Origin: a virus
Virus record (IMG/VR): IMGVR_UViG_3300045141_000181
Location: 8,813-72,812 of that record
Reading direction: 5' to 3' (one strand)
Length of the DNA stretch: 64,000 nucleotides
Of this stretch, positions 9,311 through 18,928 are shown piece after piece. The notes under the pieces were generated by a model. It had not been told where the DNA came from. It did no database searches and was given only the letters and a program-made list of their open reading frames with translations. Position 1 is the first letter of the stretch. Every line of letters begins with the position of its first letter. A program made the translations under genes and the position numbers.

Positions 9311-10762
9311 TCACAGGCCGAGCCGCTTCATTTGCGCTGCCGCTGTTTTCGGGTCATACACGCCGTCTTTGAAAGCCGGAAAGTCTTTGGGTATGAGCGA
9401 ACGCGGCACCGTTCCTGTAGCGGATTTCGGTGCGGTGCGGTTCTGAGCGCTTGCTTGCCGCTCGTGTCTCTGGTCGGCCTGCTGTTTCAACCGGTTTGCG
9501 GCGAATTCGAGGACCGGCTTTTTAACCGCCTCTGCCGCCAACTTGGCGCGATTAACTACAATCCTCTTCATTTCCTGACCAATCTCGTCTCGTCTCTGTG
9601 CAGAAACGGCGCGTTTGGCTTGGCTGTCTAGTTGATTGAGTCGTGCATTGAAACCCTCGTCGCTCTTTAGAACTTCGTTAACCTTCTTGTGCAAGCGGTC
9701 AACTACCAGATCGTTATAGTCGTCGGGGAATTTTTCCCAAGACTTCTCGACAGAAGACAAAGCAGGCTTGATTACCTCGTCGAGAACTCCTGTTTTTACT
9801 GCTTTAGATGTCGCCGTTTGCCACGCGTCAAACTGTTCAGCTTGGGTGGCAGTCGAACGTCCATCTACTATTGCCTGTAAACGCTGTAATTCCGCACGCA
9901 TCGCTGCGTCCGGCTTAGCGGCCCCAGGCTTCATTCCGGGCATTTCCTCAAGCGAGAAAAACGGAATCTTTTGACGGCTGGCGATATCCCGCATTTGGGA
10001 TACATCTGCAATCCCATCCGCATTGGCCAACGTTCTCGCCAGTATTTGCGTAGAGGTAAATAAATCACGGTTACCCTTCTCCGCAGCCTCTGCGAACATC
10101 TCGCCAATAAAGTCTCGGGCGGCCATCATCCGCAGATTTGCGTAGCCATCCGGCGACCGCTCCTTCAGTTGCGAATACACCGCCTCCCCGAACGGGACAC
10201 TCGAATCGACGCCGGTTTCCCCGGTTTCGCGCGCGCGCTTCATTTCATCCAGGAAGGTGTTGACGATATTCTTCTGAGTGGTTACATCCCCAGCGCCCAG
10301 GTCGCCGTATAGGTTCTCCTGCGCTAGATAGGCTTCGTGGCGTAACTGGAGCGCTTCAGCAGTTGCCGGTTCGCCCAGCATCTCGGAAACTTTCTGTACG
10401 AGCTGGTGATTTCCGTAAATATTGTGGTAGCGGTTCTCTTCGAGGAAAAACCCCGGTTTTCCGTTGCGATCCTTGCCGCGCTTGACGCCCTCAGGCAGTT
10501 CTTCCTCGTCGGGCTTGGCTTCTTCCGGCTTCTCGGATTCTTCTTCGGGCAGTTCTTCGGTTCCCGGCTGCGGTTCTACTTCCGGTTGCTCGACTTCGGG
10601 CGCTTCCTGTGTATCAATTTCGGATTCGCCGATATCAGGTTGCGCATCTGCGCCCTGATCTGAGGTGCTATCAGTCCCCGCATCGAGACCGGAGAATAGA
10701 TCGGCTGGCGCGGCATTGACTAGATCCGCACCGCTACTTACAACAAGTGGCATGGTTGCCAT
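9311..10762 (-). CDS. Putative scaffolding protein
   Basis: Very acidic disordered N-terminus with helical body; lies between portal and capsid. Confidence 0.7.
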   Translation of the reverse strand: MATMPLVVSSGADLVNAAPADLFSGLDAGTDSTSDQGADAQPDIGESEIDTQEAPEVEQPEVEPQPGTEELPEEESEKPEEAKPDEEELPEGVKRGKDRNGKPGFFLEENRYHNIYGNHQLVQKVSEMLGEPATAEALQLRHEAYLAQENLYGDLGAGDVTTQKNIVNTFLDEMKRARETGETGVDSSVPFGEAVYSQLKERSPDGYANLRMMAARDFIGEMFAEAAEKGNRDLFTSTQILARTLANADGIADVSQMRDIASRQKIPFFSLEEMPGMKPGAAKPDAAMRAELQRLQAIVDGRSTATQAEQFDAWQTATSKAVKTGVLDEVIKPALSSVEKSWEKFPDDYNDLVVDRLHKKVNEVLKSDEGFNARLNQLDSQAKRAVSAQRRDEIGQEMKRIVVNRAKLAAEAVKKPVLEFAANRLKQQADQRHERQASAQNRTAPKSATGTVPRSLIPKDFPAFKDGVYDPKTAAAQMKRLGL

Positions 10763-10766
10763 ATTC

Positions 10767-11080
10767 GTGATGTCCTTTGGTAATTCGTCGCGAATGCGAC
10801 TAGATGGGTGTGACTTAGAAAGATTCTGGCTTCGCGATCGATCTCACGAGAGCCATGAATCCTTTTTGTAGATCTGTCTTGGCGATGGCAAACCAGCGTG
10901 CATCAGCTACGCCTTCCGGCGCATCGCCACCACCCGGATTTCCGTAGCTTATGCCGTCGAGTAGTTCCTTGACCTGCTCGCCTGTCGCCTTGATTTTGTT
11001 CATTAGGTCTATTTCGACCTGCGATAGATCACGATAGCCCTTAATTTTTTGGTGTTGATTTTCCATTGTGATGTCCTTTG
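10767..11080. repeat. 13-bp direct repeat GTGATGTCCTTTG (10767-10779 and 11068-11080) flanking acb2
   Basis: Read directly; on the minus strand it is the RBS region (CAAAGGACATCAC) of both acb2 and the scaffold gene. Confidence 0.85.
10815..11066 (-). CDS. acb2: Anti-CBASS cyclic-nucleotide sponge, Acb2 family
   Basis: MENQHQKIKGYRDLSQVEIDLMNKIK...RWFAIAKTDLQKGFMALVRSIAKPESF closely matches the Acb2 signature as I recall it; Y11 and K26 are in register. Confidence 0.9.
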   Translation of the reverse strand: MENQHQKIKGYRDLSQVEIDLMNKIKATGEQVKELLDGISYGNPGGGDAPEGVADARWFAIAKTDLQKGFMALVRSIAKPESF

Positions 11081-11087
11081 AGTTTTG

Positions 11088-13460
11088 TTACTGAATTGGC
11101 TGCGGCATCTGCCCTTTAGGCAGCGCCGTCAACGGCGGCAGCGGTTCGGCTTGCTGCTGTCCGCCCATCGGCGCCGGAGCACTGAAGTTTGCCGGAGCGC
11201 CGGGGGCCGCAGGGGTTGCGGGGATCTGCGGCGGTCCCGGCTGTCCGGTGATCCCGGCGCTCTGTAAGAACTCTGGGATCAAATTTGGCACGTCTTCGGC
11301 CTTCAGTGTCACATTCAAGCCGCTGCGCATCGGTGGAGGCGCGAGAGGCGGCGGAGGCACGGCCAGTTCTTGATGTGCAGCTTGGAACGCCACGACATTG
11401 TCGAATCCGGCTGGATTGGATTGCCGCGCGGTCTGACCGGTCTTCGAAACGAGCCACTTGCCCAACAGATTCGCCACGATCACGTGATTGTCGAAGGAAT
11501 CGGGCGGAATCGACGGCTGTTTTGGTCCCGGTAGTCCATCCGGCCCCGGAGCTCCAGGAATCGGCTGCGATTGCAGCAATTGCGCCACATCTACCGACAG
11601 CGTCTTGTTGACTTGCTCTCTCACCGCGCTTTCGAAGCCGGGGAGTTCGATCAATTCGAAGATCGACTCGATATTCATCGGATCCAGCAGTGAAAGAGCT
11701 TGCTGGACGTCGGGCGGGAACTGTTCCAGCGCCTGCAGCAGCGAATCGCGCGTATCCGCGGCGGTCATCGGCCAGGAATCGTCCGCTTCCGCGTGCCAGC
11801 CGCTATCTTTGAGCGCCGCCATATCTACCATGTCGATTTCGGTCCCATACGCGCCTTTACGCTGCGCTTTGACCGTCCCGGAACCGTATTTCGCGCGCAA
11901 TTTGACCAGTAATGTAGCTGTTTCCGCTGCGGCGTAGCGCATTTCGTCCGCTTGCGGCGCGAGTTGCAACAAAGCCTGATCCCTGCGCTGCCGGGCCTCG
12001 CGATAAGTCTGTGTCGGCTCCCCGCCACCCGTCAATTCGGGCCGGATGCCGTTGATGTCCTGCCACCAGTTGCGAACCAGTCCGATGACCGGGATAACTT
12101 GGTCCCCCAGCCGCGCCGGTGGGATCTGCGCCATCTGTTTGTTGATGTCGCCGTCGATCGGCGTGGCCGTGAGGATAATTTCTCCCGGAATCGCCTCTTT
12201 CGTGCTGTACGCCTCGCGGTCGATCAGCATCGAGTTCATGATGGTCTGCGGAATTGCCCGCAAAACCGTCTCGATGGTCATTCCGACGAGGTCATTAATG
12301 GCCGTCTGTAACGGAACCGTGTCCGCGCATATCGGGCGGTCGTTAATTCGCTCGGTATGGCCTACTTTGCAGACCGTCCAGACCTCGGTAGCGGCCTGAT
12401 TCTCAATCTTCATCGTCAGACTGCCGACTTTGGAGATATACAGGCCGTCGGGAAAGTGATCTTCGAAGATTTTGCGCGCTTCCGCGTCCGTGATGGCCTG
12501 ATAAAGGTGTGGCTGCGCCCAAATCTCCGAATGTCGCCATTGATTCTGCTTTTTGGAGTATTCCGTGCCGCTCGGCGTGAAGGAACTCTCGCGCACCGCC
12601 GCCGCAGTAGTCGACGCGCCCGTCATATCGTCGTCCGGCACATCTCCGGTACGGTACTGCTCCAGTTTTCCGGCCGTTCCGTCGGCATCGGAGTACTCTT
12701 TGAGCAGTTCCCACTTAGACCGCATAACTTCGCACTTCAGGAACCCGCATTCGTCGATGGTTTTGGAGTGCCACGGCGCGGAAACCTCAAGAATGGAGTA
12801 AACGCGCGGCTCGGCATCGCCGTTTACGTACTCTTTTTGGCCGACTTCGACCGGCACCGGCACTCCGTCCTGGCCCTCCTGCACTTCTAGCTGCGGTTCG
12901 GTCGACGAACCGTACTTTTTGCGGTCGGTATTCCAAAAACAGCGGATAAATGCCGGTCCCGTTGCATACTGATGGAACGCAACCGTGCGCCACAGCCGAT
13001 CAATCTCGTTTTTCTCCCACAAATCGCGTATATTGGCGTCCGCATTGTGCGCTGCGTCGGCAGATTCGCCATCGTGCGGATCGTCGGCGATCGCTTTAAC
13101 TTGCGGCGCGCGTTGGCCGAGCACCGCCGTGTATTTCCAACAGTCGCCACCGATGAAATTGATGGGCGGGCAGAGCCGAACGTTCGCGCCGTTCTGGTCT
13201 CCGTCTTCCCCGCCGTCAGCAAACGGCAGATAATCGACATAGTTGCCGAATTCGCCGCCGACTAAGCCCGGAACTCCGAACTGCTGGCCGCGGATCTTCA
13301 TGATCTGCTGGCGCGCACAGTTCAGAAGGAAAATACGCTCAGCGTCGTACTGGGTCTCGACGCAGGCTTTACAGATGGCCTCCACAGCGCCGGGATATTT
13401 CTTCAGAATGTCGTCCGCAGACAACGATTCTTCAGGGCTTGCTGGTCCGATTACTTCCAC
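11088..13460 (-). CDS. Portal protein (P22-like, long Pro-rich C-terminus)
   Basis: 790 aa, downstream of terminase; GIRPELTGG..PTQT..EARQRRDQAL clip/stem-like motif. Confidence 0.8.
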   Translation of the reverse strand: MEVIGPASPEESLSADDILKKYPGAVEAICKACVETQYDAERIFLLNCARQQIMKIRGQQFGVPGLVGGEFGNYVDYLPFADGGEDGDQNGANVRLCPPINFIGGDCWKYTAVLGQRAPQVKAIADDPHDGESADAAHNADANIRDLWEKNEIDRLWRTVAFHQYATGPAFIRCFWNTDRKKYGSSTEPQLEVQEGQDGVPVPVEVGQKEYVNGDAEPRVYSILEVSAPWHSKTIDECGFLKCEVMRSKWELLKEYSDADGTAGKLEQYRTGDVPDDDMTGASTTAAAVRESSFTPSGTEYSKKQNQWRHSEIWAQPHLYQAITDAEARKIFEDHFPDGLYISKVGSLTMKIENQAATEVWTVCKVGHTERINDRPICADTVPLQTAINDLVGMTIETVLRAIPQTIMNSMLIDREAYSTKEAIPGEIILTATPIDGDINKQMAQIPPARLGDQVIPVIGLVRNWWQDINGIRPELTGGGEPTQTYREARQRRDQALLQLAPQADEMRYAAAETATLLVKLRAKYGSGTVKAQRKGAYGTEIDMVDMAALKDSGWHAEADDSWPMTAADTRDSLLQALEQFPPDVQQALSLLDPMNIESIFELIELPGFESAVREQVNKTLSVDVAQLLQSQPIPGAPGPDGLPGPKQPSIPPDSFDNHVIVANLLGKWLVSKTGQTARQSNPAGFDNVVAFQAAHQELAVPPPPLAPPPMRSGLNVTLKAEDVPNLIPEFLQSAGITGQPGPPQIPATPAAPGAPANFSAPAPMGGQQQAEPLPPLTALPKGQMPQPIQ

Positions 13461-13463
13461 GGT

Positions 13464-13850
13464 TTAACTTTGGGAATACAGATTCTTGACGAACTCAAGC
13501 GAGGCGTTCGAAACCGCTTCGCTCGGCAACTGTCGGCCACGTCGGCCGACCGGCTCATTGCTTTCTTGCGCGTGTTGACGTACCGGCAAATGCGGTGCAT
13601 CTGGGTATGGAACCCCGCCACCCTGCCTCTGGATACTCAGGTTTACGTGCATCTGGTACGCGATCTTCATTTCGTCGATCGATTTGGCCATCAGATCCCA
13701 GAGCTTCGTACGATCCGCGAGCGCCGCTTCCAGCCTGTCTTCGAGGCGCAACTTTTCCTGCACACTCACTTGCAAGGCTTCGCGCACCAGCGCCAAGTCA
13801 TCCTCAAGCGCCCGGAATTCGGGCAGCCGATATAGAAGCCAGCGAAACAC
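13464..13850 (-). CDS. Hypothetical coiled-coil protein
   Basis: Packed between terminase and portal. Confidence 0.65.
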   Translation of the reverse strand: MFRWLLYRLPEFRALEDDLALVREALQVSVQEKLRLEDRLEAALADRTKLWDLMAKSIDEMKIAYQMHVNLSIQRQGGGVPYPDAPHLPVRQHAQESNEPVGRRGRQLPSEAVSNASLEFVKNLYSQS

Positions 13851-14140
13851 TAATACCCAGGCCCCTGACCGCTTTCGGGAGTTGCGGGCGCACTCGGCGG
13901 CGCGCCGGAATCGTCGCCTTGATCTCCCTGATCGCTGCCGTCGTCCGTCATGCTCATGATGTAGTTGATGAGCTTGTCGGCGGTCGCCTGCGGAATCTTG
14001 GGCACGTCGGAATCGTCGCCCATGTCTTCTTTCGGCGGCATCGGCGCTTTGGTATCGCCGAAACCTGCGGGCGCTCCGAAGTCCCCGCCGCCCATCGGCT
14101 TTTTGCCGATACCTACCTTGATTGCTAATCCGTTTGCCAT
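13850..14140 (-). CDS. Hypothetical low-complexity protein
   Basis: RBS present; abuts neighbouring genes. Confidence 0.6.
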   Translation of the reverse strand: MANGLAIKVGIGKKPMGGGDFGAPAGFGDTKAPMPPKEDMGDDSDVPKIPQATADKLINYIMSMTDDGSDQGDQGDDSGAPPSAPATPESGQGPGY

Positions 14141-14150
14141 TCTTTTTCTC

Positions 14151-16139
14151 CTAATTCAGCCGGTGCCGTGCGCTTCCAGTTCGCGGAAGCGTCAGTGTTT
14201 TGGATAATCCGGCATGCTGCCTGTCGAATCGAGCGCTTTGCGTCGCCGCGATCATCGCGAGCCGGGTATTGTCCGTCAATTCTTCGCCAAACGCCTGCAC
14301 ATGCCGTTCTTGCGCCTGCGTCATTTGCTCATTCAGCCAATACGACTTCGGCATGACCGCCTCGACTTCCTTGTAGCCCATCGCGAGATACCGCAGGCAG
14401 TCCAAGCCGTCATCGCCGCCCACGCCGTCAACCGCGTCCCACTTGCGTACGTCCTCAGACTTCGGCGGCTCGTCGTGCATGGCTTCCGTCAGCCCGCGAA
14501 TAGCTTCCGTACACTTCGACCAGAGCACCATCTTCGGCAACTTCTCTTCACCGTGGCCTTTGGCGCGGCCGAGTTCCTTCTCGTACGCCTCAACACCGGC
14601 CCGCGTAAACGTCGCCTGCAACCGTTCTTTCAATTCGTCCTGCGTCTCAACCAAGACCGGCCTGAAGCGCAGCAACTCGTGAAGGTAAGACCACCCGGCA
14701 AGCCGGTCATTATTCGCCGGTTTCAGCGCAATACAGATCTGACCGCGCGCCATCTCGCCCTTCCGGCGCTCAAATAACATCTGCGCCATCTTGGGATCTT
14801 TGCCCATCGCCATGCGCTCGTCATCGTTGTAGCGGAGCAGAAACGCCCCGTACGGCCCGAGTACGTCTTTGATCCCGTCGGCCATCTGTTCGGCGCGAGT
14901 TCTGGTTGCATCGGTTTTCGAAAAGGCATCTGGCGAAAGCGCTAACGTGATTTGCTTGTCGGGCAAGTATTCCAGATCCGGCAGCCACCACTTTGCGATC
15001 ATGGTCCCGAGTTCGTAGGAACCTATGCCGCGCACGGCCATCTCGTCATAAACGTGGATTTTGCCGTCCTTCTCGTTGCGGCACGCCTTATGCACGACCG
15101 ACAAGTGGCCGAAACCGATATCGCATCCGGAGAAGCGACGCCACCACGGCTTTAATTCGACCGGCTCAATGACGTGCCGCGCCCAGGGATATCGCGCTTC
15201 CTCGTCCGATCCTACGGGACCATCCGGCCGGAATTCCGTGAAGTACTGACCGGCTCCTGCGTCCCAATCCCCATCCATCCATTGTTTGCGAGTGACTGGG
15301 TCCTGAGAAAGCAACATTCCTTCGTACTGCTTGTTGTCCCTAAGAAATGGGTTGTCGGAGAGGCGCATCGGAACGAATATGCGCCGCAATCCAGAGATCG
15401 GATCCCGCATCGGCGTGTTCCACGGGATTAACTTCCCGTCGGACGAGTACACCTTCACGAAACGCTTTTTGACCCATTCCTTACCGACACCGTCCGGATT
15501 CGTGGTAGAGAGAATCTGGCAACGCATTGGCTCAAATGTCTGCTTGCCGTGCACCCGGATCTGCTTCTTATTGCGCAATGAGCCGAGTAGCTTCAGATAC
15601 CAGCGCTCCTCTGGAATCTGCGTCAACTCTTCTACGCCGATCTTGGTTAGTCCGTGGCCACGATATTTCTCGTACGCTTCGCGGTCGCCCAAGTGGTTCG
15701 TGTATATCTTTGGCCCGTCTTTGCCGCCCTTGCGCTGGAATATAACCGGGTCATCGTGCGGATAGAGATCAAAGGCCCGGAGGAAGTCGGCCGCTTCGTC
15801 CACAAATTCGGCCATTGCCTGATATTCCCTTCTCAAAATGAGTGCCCTAAATGACGGCTCATTCAAATACGAATACCTTGCGGGATCGTTTTCCGCTAGC
15901 GATAGGTCTCCCATGGCTAGCCACGCAATAAGCGCGGCTGTTTTTGATCCGCCGCGCCGACCACCAATAACTATTTCATCGAACGGACAGAGTAGAACCC
16001 AAGTCTGCGGCCCCCTATTTGAACGCCAATGGACTTCTCCTTCGCGCTTCCTGATCTCAATCTGAAAATCCGGAGATGGCATTACCCCCAGTAGCCACGC
16101 CGGGATGGGTGGTGTCGGATATTTTTCTTGTTGATCCAC
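14151..16139 (-). CDS. terL: Terminase large subunit
   Basis: Walker A GGRRGGSKT, Walker B IGVEELTQ, coupling motif TTNPDG, DNPFL, nuclease DIGF and DDGLDCLRY. Confidence 0.93.
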   Translation of the reverse strand: MDQQEKYPTPPIPAWLLGVMPSPDFQIEIRKREGEVHWRSNRGPQTWVLLCPFDEIVIGGRRGGSKTAALIAWLAMGDLSLAENDPARYSYLNEPSFRALILRREYQAMAEFVDEAADFLRAFDLYPHDDPVIFQRKGGKDGPKIYTNHLGDREAYEKYRGHGLTKIGVEELTQIPEERWYLKLLGSLRNKKQIRVHGKQTFEPMRCQILSTTNPDGVGKEWVKKRFVKVYSSDGKLIPWNTPMRDPISGLRRIFVPMRLSDNPFLRDNKQYEGMLLSQDPVTRKQWMDGDWDAGAGQYFTEFRPDGPVGSDEEARYPWARHVIEPVELKPWWRRFSGCDIGFGHLSVVHKACRNEKDGKIHVYDEMAVRGIGSYELGTMIAKWWLPDLEYLPDKQITLALSPDAFSKTDATRTRAEQMADGIKDVLGPYGAFLLRYNDDERMAMGKDPKMAQMLFERRKGEMARGQICIALKPANNDRLAGWSYLHELLRFRPVLVETQDELKERLQATFTRAGVEAYEKELGRAKGHGEEKLPKMVLWSKCTEAIRGLTEAMHDEPPKSEDVRKWDAVDGVGGDDGLDCLRYLAMGYKEVEAVMPKSYWLNEQMTQAQERHVQAFGEELTDNTRLAMIAATQSARFDRQHAGLSKTLTLPRTGSARHRLN

Positions 16140-16746
16140 GTGCCGCTGAGAGCTTTTTATTTCTGGCGTTTTCCCGGTTCCTAATGCATATCCTGCATTG
16201 TCGACCGCTGGAATTACTAAGTGTGTTGTCGGGGGCTAATTCATGACCCCTGAGGCAATGGGTTCTTGGTTTCCTGGGTGGGGTAGGGCCGCGAGCTGCT
16301 TTAATTACAGCCCAATTATCAACACTTCTCTTTTGGGTGCACGCTATACACTCCCGCCCACCGGCATGAATTCCTGTCCTGATATGCGTGTTCTCTTCAT
16401 TGTATGGATGCCCCTGCGGGCAATGCGTCTTTGCGCGCATGCGTTCACCCGCGCGGATTCCAGCCACGCCTCGACGAATATTCTCAGACTTTGTAACCGC
16501 CTCAAGATGATCCGGATTGACACAGCAACGAACCCTGCAAAGGTGATCTATTTCTAAGCCTTCCGGTATGGGACCGCGCATCTCCTCATACGCAATCCTA
16601 TGCGCCATGTATGAGAGCCCGGCGGGACGCTGCATTCGGCCATACCCTTCGCCCGTCTGCCCCAACCATAGCCAACAACCGGAATTTGGTTCTGGAGAAA
16701 CAAATGTTAGGAATCTCTCAAGTACTGTAAGCTTGGATCGGGCCAT
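16057..16746 (-). CDS. Free-standing HNH homing endonuclease overlapping terL start
   Basis: SPEPNSGCWLWLG and DHLCRVRCCVNPDHLEAVT motifs, two THCxxGH...CxxC modules; start revised to MARSK after an AAAGGAG RBS. Confidence 0.9.
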   Translation of the reverse strand: MARSKLTVLERFLTFVSPEPNSGCWLWLGQTGEGYGRMQRPAGLSYMAHRIAYEEMRGPIPEGLEIDHLCRVRCCVNPDHLEAVTKSENIRRGVAGIRAGERMRAKTHCPQGHPYNEENTHIRTGIHAGGRECIACTQKRSVDNWAVIKAARGPTPPRKPRTHCLRGHELAPDNTLSNSSGRQCRICIRNRENARNKKLSAARGSTRKISDTTHPGVATGGNAISGFSD

Positions 16747-16813
16747 GTGACTCCTTTCAGTCGCATCGGTCAAGGGCTACTCGGTGCTAGTCACACCGCG
16801 TGGCCCGCCTCTA

Positions 16814-17065
16814 TTATCCCTTACTTTCCACCGGTAAAGCTTCTAAATACGCCGTGCCATCGCGCACGCTCAAGACGGCTCCGGAGACTTCGAGCCAACC
16901 CTTGGGTGCACCGAGCGGAGCGTTCACGTCGAATACCGTCGTGGCTTCCACGCCCTTACCGAGAATGACCCACTGCACATGAATCTCGCTGCTCTGGTTC
17001 CCACTGTCCACTGACCAGACTTGCGGCGCGTTTTCGGTGCGATGGTAATACAACCGGTAATTCAC
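16814..17065 (-). CDS. Hypothetical protein
   Basis: Coupled overlap with the upstream gene. Confidence 0.6.
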   Translation of the reverse strand: MNYRLYYHRTENAPQVWSVDSGNQSSEIHVQWVILGKGVEATTVFDVNAPLGAPKGWLEVSGAVLSVRDGTAYLEALPVESKG

Positions 17066-17256
17066 TTTCCGTATGGCTTGCGCTTCTTATTGGCGTTTAC
17101 TGCGAATCTGGCTTTCTCGCCGACTTTGCCTTTGGCGTGGTAATGATCCCGCGCGAACTCCATCGGGCTTTCGCCCGCTTTCTTGGCGATGCGCGTCAGG
17201 GAACCCTTTTCCTTCGGGTCAACCGCTTTCTGGATCCAGTTGGTATTACTCGCCAT
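17062..17256 (-). CDS. Small basic phage protein
   Basis: NWIQKAV...GSL...ARFA pattern typical of small basic late proteins; start revised. Confidence 0.6.
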   Translation of the reverse strand: MASNTNWIQKAVDPKEKGSLTRIAKKAGESPMEFARDHYHAKGKVGEKARFAVNANKKRKPYGK

Positions 17257-17654
17257 CACTCGCCCTTTCTGAATCCGCCCCAAAAGCCGCGCTTTTCTTC
17301 GACAGACTCTGGCTCCGGAAGGTATGCCGGATTGATCTGGTTTCCTGCCGCATCAGCGGGCGGCACGGGCGGCCATACCGCTGCGACCGGCTTGCCCCGA
17401 TGCTCCTCGATCAACTTGACCAGCGCAGGTTCTGCTGGCTTCCCGTCGACCCAATCCGGATATTTCTCGTTGTTGCCTGCCGCCTCGGGTTCGAACGTCA
17501 GAACAATCTTACCGGGAAGGTATAAATAGCCAGCGGTCAAGCCGTCCAGCGTCATCGTGTCGGCCGTTACTTCCCCGCCCGCGTCACGTATCGCTTGCAC
17601 AATCTCCAGATAGTGATGTGGGCTTACCCTGAACTCGTAATGCAGATTGGTCAT
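17256..17654 (-). CDS. Hypothetical protein
   Basis: Overlapping start and stop codons on both sides. Confidence 0.6.
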   Translation of the reverse strand: MTNLHYEFRVSPHHYLEIVQAIRDAGGEVTADTMTLDGLTAGYLYLPGKIVLTFEPEAAGNNEKYPDWVDGKPAEPALVKLIEEHRGKPVAAVWPPVPPADAAGNQINPAYLPEPESVEEKRGFWGGFRKGE

Positions 17655-17863
17655 ATCTTCGCTCCGTAGTACTTGCGTTTGGGTCTGAATGGTTTGGGCG
17701 CGGCAGGCGCGGTTTCCGGCAAGCCTTTTTCCGGAGTCGACGCGAAATCACTCATCTGTTGCTTGTTCATTCCGCTGGGCATTTTCCCTTCTGCGCGTGC
17801 CTGCGCGGGATTGTGCTCGGCCCAGGCAAAGTATCGTCGCTGTTTGATTGACGTGGCGGGCAT
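17651..17863 (-). CDS. Small basic protein (MPAxSxKQRR, DUF3008-like)
   Basis: MPATSIKQRRYF...DFASTPEKGLP motif. Confidence 0.6.
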   Translation of the reverse strand: MPATSIKQRRYFAWAEHNPAQARAEGKMPSGMNKQQMSDFASTPEKGLPETAPAAPKPFRPKRKYYGAKI

Positions 17864-17864
17864 G

Positions 17865-18056
17865 TCATCTCCCCCACCGGTACGGCGCAACCACCGGCCC
17901 CGGCAACAGCCCGACAATCCCCAGCAGCCATAGAAGCACGACCAGAATCACCAGCACGCGGATGATCGTTTTGATCGTCGCGTCCATCGGAATGAGTTGG
18001 ATCAGATACAGCACCACCCCGATAATGATCAGCGCAACTATGAGTTCAATCAGCAT
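17865..18056 (-). CDS. Small two-TM membrane protein (Thivi_2564-like)
   Basis: LIIIGVVLYLIQLIPMDATIKTIIRVLVILVVLLWLL; GGAGG RBS. Confidence 0.75.
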   Translation of the reverse strand: MLIELIVALIIIGVVLYLIQLIPMDATIKTIIRVLVILVVLLWLLGIVGLLPGPVVAPYRWGR

Positions 18057-18065
18057 GGGACCTCC

Positions 18066-18278
18066 CTACAACTTCGCGTACTCTTCCAGATCACAAGGCG
18101 TCTTGTGTCCGTCCCGATTGGGGTGATGCACCAGCAACGAAGGAATTTCCAGCACTTCGCCTAATTGGTGCTTCTCGATAGCCTTATTCGCGTCGTCGAG
18201 AGAATCGAATACCCCCACGCAATCCCCGCATCCGCCGCCGGGATAATATCCTCGATAGCCAAACGCGATAAACTTCAC
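18066..18278 (-). CDS. Hypothetical phage protein
   Basis: YYPGGG.GD..G.FD motif; coupled overlap. Confidence 0.6.
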   Translation of the reverse strand: MKFIAFGYRGYYPGGGCGDCVGVFDSLDDANKAIEKHQLGEVLEIPSLLVHHPNRDGHKTPCDLEEYAKL

Positions 18279-18547
18279 GTAATCAGCACCGGCTTTTCTT
18301 TCGGCTTCTGCATCCCCTCAAGTTCCGTCACCATGTCGGCCAGCGCCGTCAGCACCGCGTTTCCTCGCTCTTTCGCATCGGCATCCTTGTGAATCTGCGC
18401 CACGTCTTCTTGCACTCGCATCAGAACCGCCGCACAGCCGAGAAAGAAAGCTTCCTGCAGCATCCGGTACGGGCGGCTCTCTTCCCGCAACCCCGCATGC
18501 TTCGCGCCGTAAAAACGCGACCAGGAATGCTCTAGCGAATCGCTCAT
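18275..18547 (-). CDS. Hypothetical phage protein
   Basis: Start revised to MSDSLEH (ATGA overlap). Confidence 0.55.
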   Translation of the reverse strand: MSDSLEHSWSRFYGAKHAGLREESRPYRMLQEAFFLGCAAVLMRVQEDVAQIHKDADAKERGNAVLTALADMVTELEGMQKPKEKPVLIT

Positions 18548-18861
18548 ACCGCAACCGCCTGCACCGCATTCCAAGAATCGATCGCTTCCTGCGTCGTCGG
18601 GAACTCCGCGCTCCTGCACAGCGAAGACTGCGTACATTTGCCGCAATTAGACGGAACCGGCTCAATCCAGATTCCGCCGTGACCATCCTTTGTCACCATC
18701 GTGACTGGGCACGTCCGCGCCCCGCATCTCGCACAATCCACCGCGGCAGTCGCGCCCGTTCCATTAATGTTCTTCTGCGCCGTCTCCATCGCTTCAAGCA
18801 CCTGCTCGCTCAACGGCTTCTCTACTTCGTGTTCCGTCCATCCCATATTTCGATTATCCAC
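18544..18861 (-). CDS. Lar-like (restriction-alleviation family) zinc protein
   Basis: CARCG...CGKC...TTQEAIDSWN matches the Lar-family CxxC..CxxC..EAI..WN pattern. Confidence 0.5.
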   Translation of the reverse strand: MDNRNMGWTEHEVEKPLSEQVLEAMETAQKNINGTGATAAVDCARCGARTCPVTMVTKDGHGGIWIEPVPSNCGKCTQSSLCRSAEFPTTQEAIDSWNAVQAVAV

Positions 18862-18928
18862 CGGTTTACCGAATTACCGCTCCGCAATTCTACCGGCCAA
18901 CGCTAAAATCGGTTGGTAATAATACGGC

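Noticed and set aside
14151-16773. Group I intron or intein splitting terL
   Set aside because: The terL frame is continuous from before Walker A to the nuclease motifs; the HNH gene only overlaps its start, and no splice or intein motifs were seen.
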